Part shown: piece by piece, positions 5,770 through 7,391 of the stretch | Numbering within the stretch: position 1 is the stretch's first letter | Layout of the letters: the number at the start of each line of letters is the position of its first letter | Assembly (NCBI GenBank): GCA_964565125.1 | Contig: CAZMCX010000037.1 | Coordinates: forward strand, 1 to 7,391 | Direction: 5' to 3' | Source: an uncultured archaeon | GTDB lineage: Archaea > Iainarchaeota > Iainarchaeia > Iainarchaeales > 0-14-0-20-30-16 | Length of the DNA: 7,391 nucleotides | The notes under the pieces: model-generated | What the model saw: only the letters and a program-made list of their open reading frames with translations | The model's database searches: none | Told to the model about the DNA's origin: nothing | Translations under genes and position numbers: made by a program

Positions 5770-6167
5770 AGTTGGATTTCCAAGTTTTTTAAAAAATCTA
5801 CAATTCTACTTGCTTTTTTAAAACTTAAATCAGTAGTATGTTGTAATCCTGAGTTATTATAACAGCTTAAACAATTCAAATTACATTTTTTAGTAATTTC
5901 TAAATAAATAATTCCGTCAAATGGTTGTTGTTTTTTTAAAGAAATTATTTTTTTAAAAAGGTAATTATGATCCAATTTATCAATTATTTGTTCCTTTTCC
6001 AAAACTGCTAAATCAAGAGAGTTAATTTTTTTTGAGTTATTTGATAAAAAGGCAATTATTTTATCACTGCAAAAAAATTGGGTATTTTTTAACAAATTAA
6101 CTATAATACCCTGTCCCCTAATTTTCCAGAATACTATTCCAGGCCTTAAATTTTGTTTTTGCTTCAT
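5766..6167 (-). CDS. radical SAM enzyme, N-terminal part: RRE-like extension plus CxxxCxxC cluster motif (upstream half of a frame-disrupted gene)
   Basis: ATG at 6167 with GGAG (6178-6175) 7 nt upstream. ITKKCNLNCLSCY gives C95-x3-C99-x2-C102 (nt 5862-5885). About 90 residues precede it, with a strand/strand/strand/helix pattern resembling a PqqD-type RRE. The ORF ends in IVDFLKNLEIQL*, just after a T6A6 tract. Confidence 0.85.
   Translation of the reverse strand: MKQKQNLRPGIVFWKIRGQGIIVNLLKNTQFFCSDKIIAFLSNNSKKINSLDLAVLEKEQIIDKLDHNYLFKKIISLKKQQPFDGIIYLEITKKCNLNCLSCYNNSGLQHTTDLSFKKASRIVDFLKNLEIQL
5784..5796 (-). other. T6A6 homopolymer tract / in-phase A_AAA_AAC heptamer at the radical SAM frame break
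   Basis: The - strand reads GAT TTT TTA AAA AAC TTG in the upstream frame. The downstream frame is reached by a -1 shift, or by one extra A/T in the tract. The heptamer A AAA AAC (5790-5784) is in the X_XXY_YYZ phase. Confidence 0.7.
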
Positions 6168-7089
6168 CTAGTTTCTCCAAATTAAATTCCATTCTATATT
6201 TAGTTAATTTTCGCTTAGCTTTATTTAAAAATTTATCTATTGGCAGATATAATCCCATTTTATTTGTTTTTGCAAATCCATCCAAAATCTCAAAATATAA
6301 TCTTAATTGATTTTTATTAGTTTCTATTCCAGATATATCTTTCCATTTTTTTAACTGAATGAATAATTGTGCTAACTGCTTAAAATCACTTGTAACACAG
6401 GCTATTGATTGATGTTTTTTAAAAATAAGATTATGTTCTTTAACCTGTTGCAGTAATCTAACTGCGGGAAGAAACTGAAAATAATTCATGTTAAAAAGAT
6501 TTAGATAGTTCCTAAACTCAGCAGAATTCTTTAAATTAGTTAGTGAATATAATTTTTTTAATTCTAGTTCAACTTCTTGCATTTTTGAATCATTAAAAAG
6601 ATCTTTAACTACCAATAAGTTACATACTGCCAAGCGTATGTCTTTGTTTAACATAATTTTTTTTGCTATTAAAAATCTTTTTGTCAAAATAGAATGAAAA
6701 TTTAAATCCAAGTTTGAGAGAAAAATTAATTCATCTATATTGTGTAATTTTGCATAATCTTTTATCTTTGTAATAAGTTTATGCTCAATAATGCCCTCAT
6801 CAATTACCTGATTAAATAATTGAGAATAACCATAAACTAAAACAATTGAATTTATTATTAAATTGTTATAATCTTCTAGATTTGAAGATTTTATTTTATT
6901 AACTATTTTTTCTAATTCTATGCCTGTTTGAATAGCTATTAAGCCATATTTATCTATTAGTGATGGATTTACATCCGAATTATTAAAACAAGAAAAAAAA
7001 GATATTACAAAATCATTAAAATCTGGGGAAATTTTTGACAAGTTTTCAAAAATGCGATTTGCTACGGCGTCATTACAAATTTTTAACAT
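6118..7089 (-). CDS. hypothetical, predominantly alpha-helical 323-aa protein; candidate accessory protein of the radical SAM locus
   Basis: Long ORF with ATG start at 7089, 14 nt after the small-peptide stop, and TAG stop at 6118. It overlaps the radical SAM start by 50 nt. Composition is Leu/Ile/Lys/Asn-rich and helical-looking. I can find no catalytic or cofactor motif (no HExxH, P-loop or Cys cluster). Confidence 0.7.
   Translation of the reverse strand: MLKICNDAVANRIFENLSKISPDFNDFVISFFSCFNNSDVNPSLIDKYGLIAIQTGIELEKIVNKIKSSNLEDYNNLIINSIVLVYGYSQLFNQVIDEGIIEHKLITKIKDYAKLHNIDELIFLSNLDLNFHSILTKRFLIAKKIMLNKDIRLAVCNLLVVKDLFNDSKMQEVELELKKLYSLTNLKNSAEFRNYLNLFNMNYFQFLPAVRLLQQVKEHNLIFKKHQSIACVTSDFKQLAQLFIQLKKWKDISGIETNKNQLRLYFEILDGFAKTNKMGLYLPIDKFLNKAKRKLTKYRMEFNLEKLDEAKTKFKAWNSILEN
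6175..6178 (-). promoter_or_regulatory. Shine-Dalgarno (GGAG) of the radical SAM gene, embedded in the 3' end of the 323-aa ORF
   Basis: The - strand reads TTGGAGAAACTAGATG, placing GGAG 7 nt before ATG 6167. Confidence 0.5.
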
Positions 7090-7103
7090 AACTGCACGAT
7101 CTT

Positions 7104-7253
7104 TTATTTACACCAACTACATGGACCAGCATAACCTTTTCCAAATGCTTTAATCCAAGTATCATCAAAATATACTTTTTCTATATTACGGGGTATTTTA
7201 TTTTCTTCTATTATTTTTTTATTTACTTTTTTCTTTTCCATTATCGCCCTCAT
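7104..7253 (-). CDS. 49-aa candidate RiPP precursor peptide (not in the ORF track)
   Basis: ATG at 7253 preceded by GAGGTG with a 5-nt spacer. Translation: MRAIMEKKKVNKKIIEENKIPRNIEKVYFDDTWIKAFGKGYAGPCSWCK, with TAA at 7106-7104. It is the first gene of the same-strand radical SAM operon. A second in-frame ATG at 7241 (MEKKK...) is an alternative start. Confidence 0.55.
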   Translation of the reverse strand: MRAIMEKKKVNKKIIEENKIPRNIEKVYFDDTWIKAFGKGYAGPCSWCK

Positions 7254-7258
7254 ATCTT

Positions 7259-7264
7259 CACCTC
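7259..7264 (-). promoter_or_regulatory. Shine-Dalgarno (GAGGTG) of the 49-aa ORF
   Basis: The - strand reads AATAATGAGGTGAAGATATG. This is the strongest anti-SD complement in the window and the spacing is optimal. Confidence 0.6.
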
Positions 7265-7273
7265 ATTATTAAA

Positions 7274-7391
7274 TTAAATATTATCTGCTACCCCACCACC
7301 AAGCACAAAATCTATGTTAAATCTAGGTTTTATTGTGGTTTGATTTATCTTTAGAAAAATAGAATTTGCTCTCTGAATAGAATAGCAAAGT
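7274..7391 (-). CDS. possible 3' end of an upstream gene running off the window (partial)
   Basis: One - strand frame is stop-free from the window edge: ...LCYSIQRANSIFLKINQTTIKPRFNIDFVLGGGVADNI, TAA at 7276-7274. It ends 20 nt before the peptide ATG, which is operon-like spacing. Only 39 codons are visible and there is no recognisable motif. Confidence 0.25.
   Translation of the reverse strand, partial: LCYSIQRANSIFLKINQTTIKPRFNIDFVLGGGVADNI

Noticed and set aside
5615-5821. + strand ORF 5615..5821
   Set aside because: It is antisense across the radical SAM GGE region and the frameshift site, so it is a shadow ORF.
7281-7316. Short Cys/Trp-rich reading HRFCAWWWGSR* just upstream of the candidate precursor, tempting as a second core peptide
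   Set aside because: Only 11 codons are open after a TAA, with no start codon. A different frame over the same bases is open to the window edge. It could be a relic but cannot be supported.
1-7391. tRNA, rRNA, CRISPR repeats, tandem repeat arrays
   Set aside because: I found no periodic repeat-spacer structure, no GC-rich cloverleaf-capable segment and no rRNA-like conserved blocks when reading both strands.

Overview
AT-rich (roughly 30% GC by eye) prokaryotic window with tight gene spacing. TAA, TAG and TGA all terminate recognisable domains, so the standard code applies. I see no rRNA, tRNA, CRISPR array, transposase or integrase. The lineage is unknown; a small-genome uncultivated bacterium or archaeon is only a guess. 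All family calls below are by-eye motif recognition; no searches were run.

Left part (1-2573): a small Cys4 zinc-ribbon ORF, a GT4 glycosyltransferase (-), and 39 bp away and divergent, a membrane-anchored two-HKD phospholipase-D-family protein (+).

Right part (5263-7253, - strand): a compact radical-SAM peptide-maturation-like operon that the ORF track shows only in part. It has three genes:
- an unlisted 49-aa ORF with a strong GAGGTG Shine-Dalgarno and a C-terminal ...GYAGPCSWCK tail;
- a 323-aa helical protein with no motif I recognise;
- a radical SAM enzyme (CxxxCxxC, GGE, N-terminal RRE-like extension), split into two ORFs by a 1-nt frame change inside a T6A6 tract that forms an in-phase A_AAA_AAC heptamer.

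This enzyme stops where a SPASM/twitch domain should begin. An orphan SPASM fragment (CX2CX5CX3C...C) lies 2.2 kb downstream on the same strand (2784-3083). What looks like the C-terminal stub of a class I methyltransferase follows it.

Between the two pieces sit a Nudix hydrolase with an unassigned ~155-aa N-terminal region, a 930-bp stretch holding only broken ORF pieces, and a stand-alone PEP-utilising swivel (phosphohistidine) domain.

My reading: a RiPP-like radical SAM locus of unusual composition that appears disrupted, rearranged or mis-assembled.
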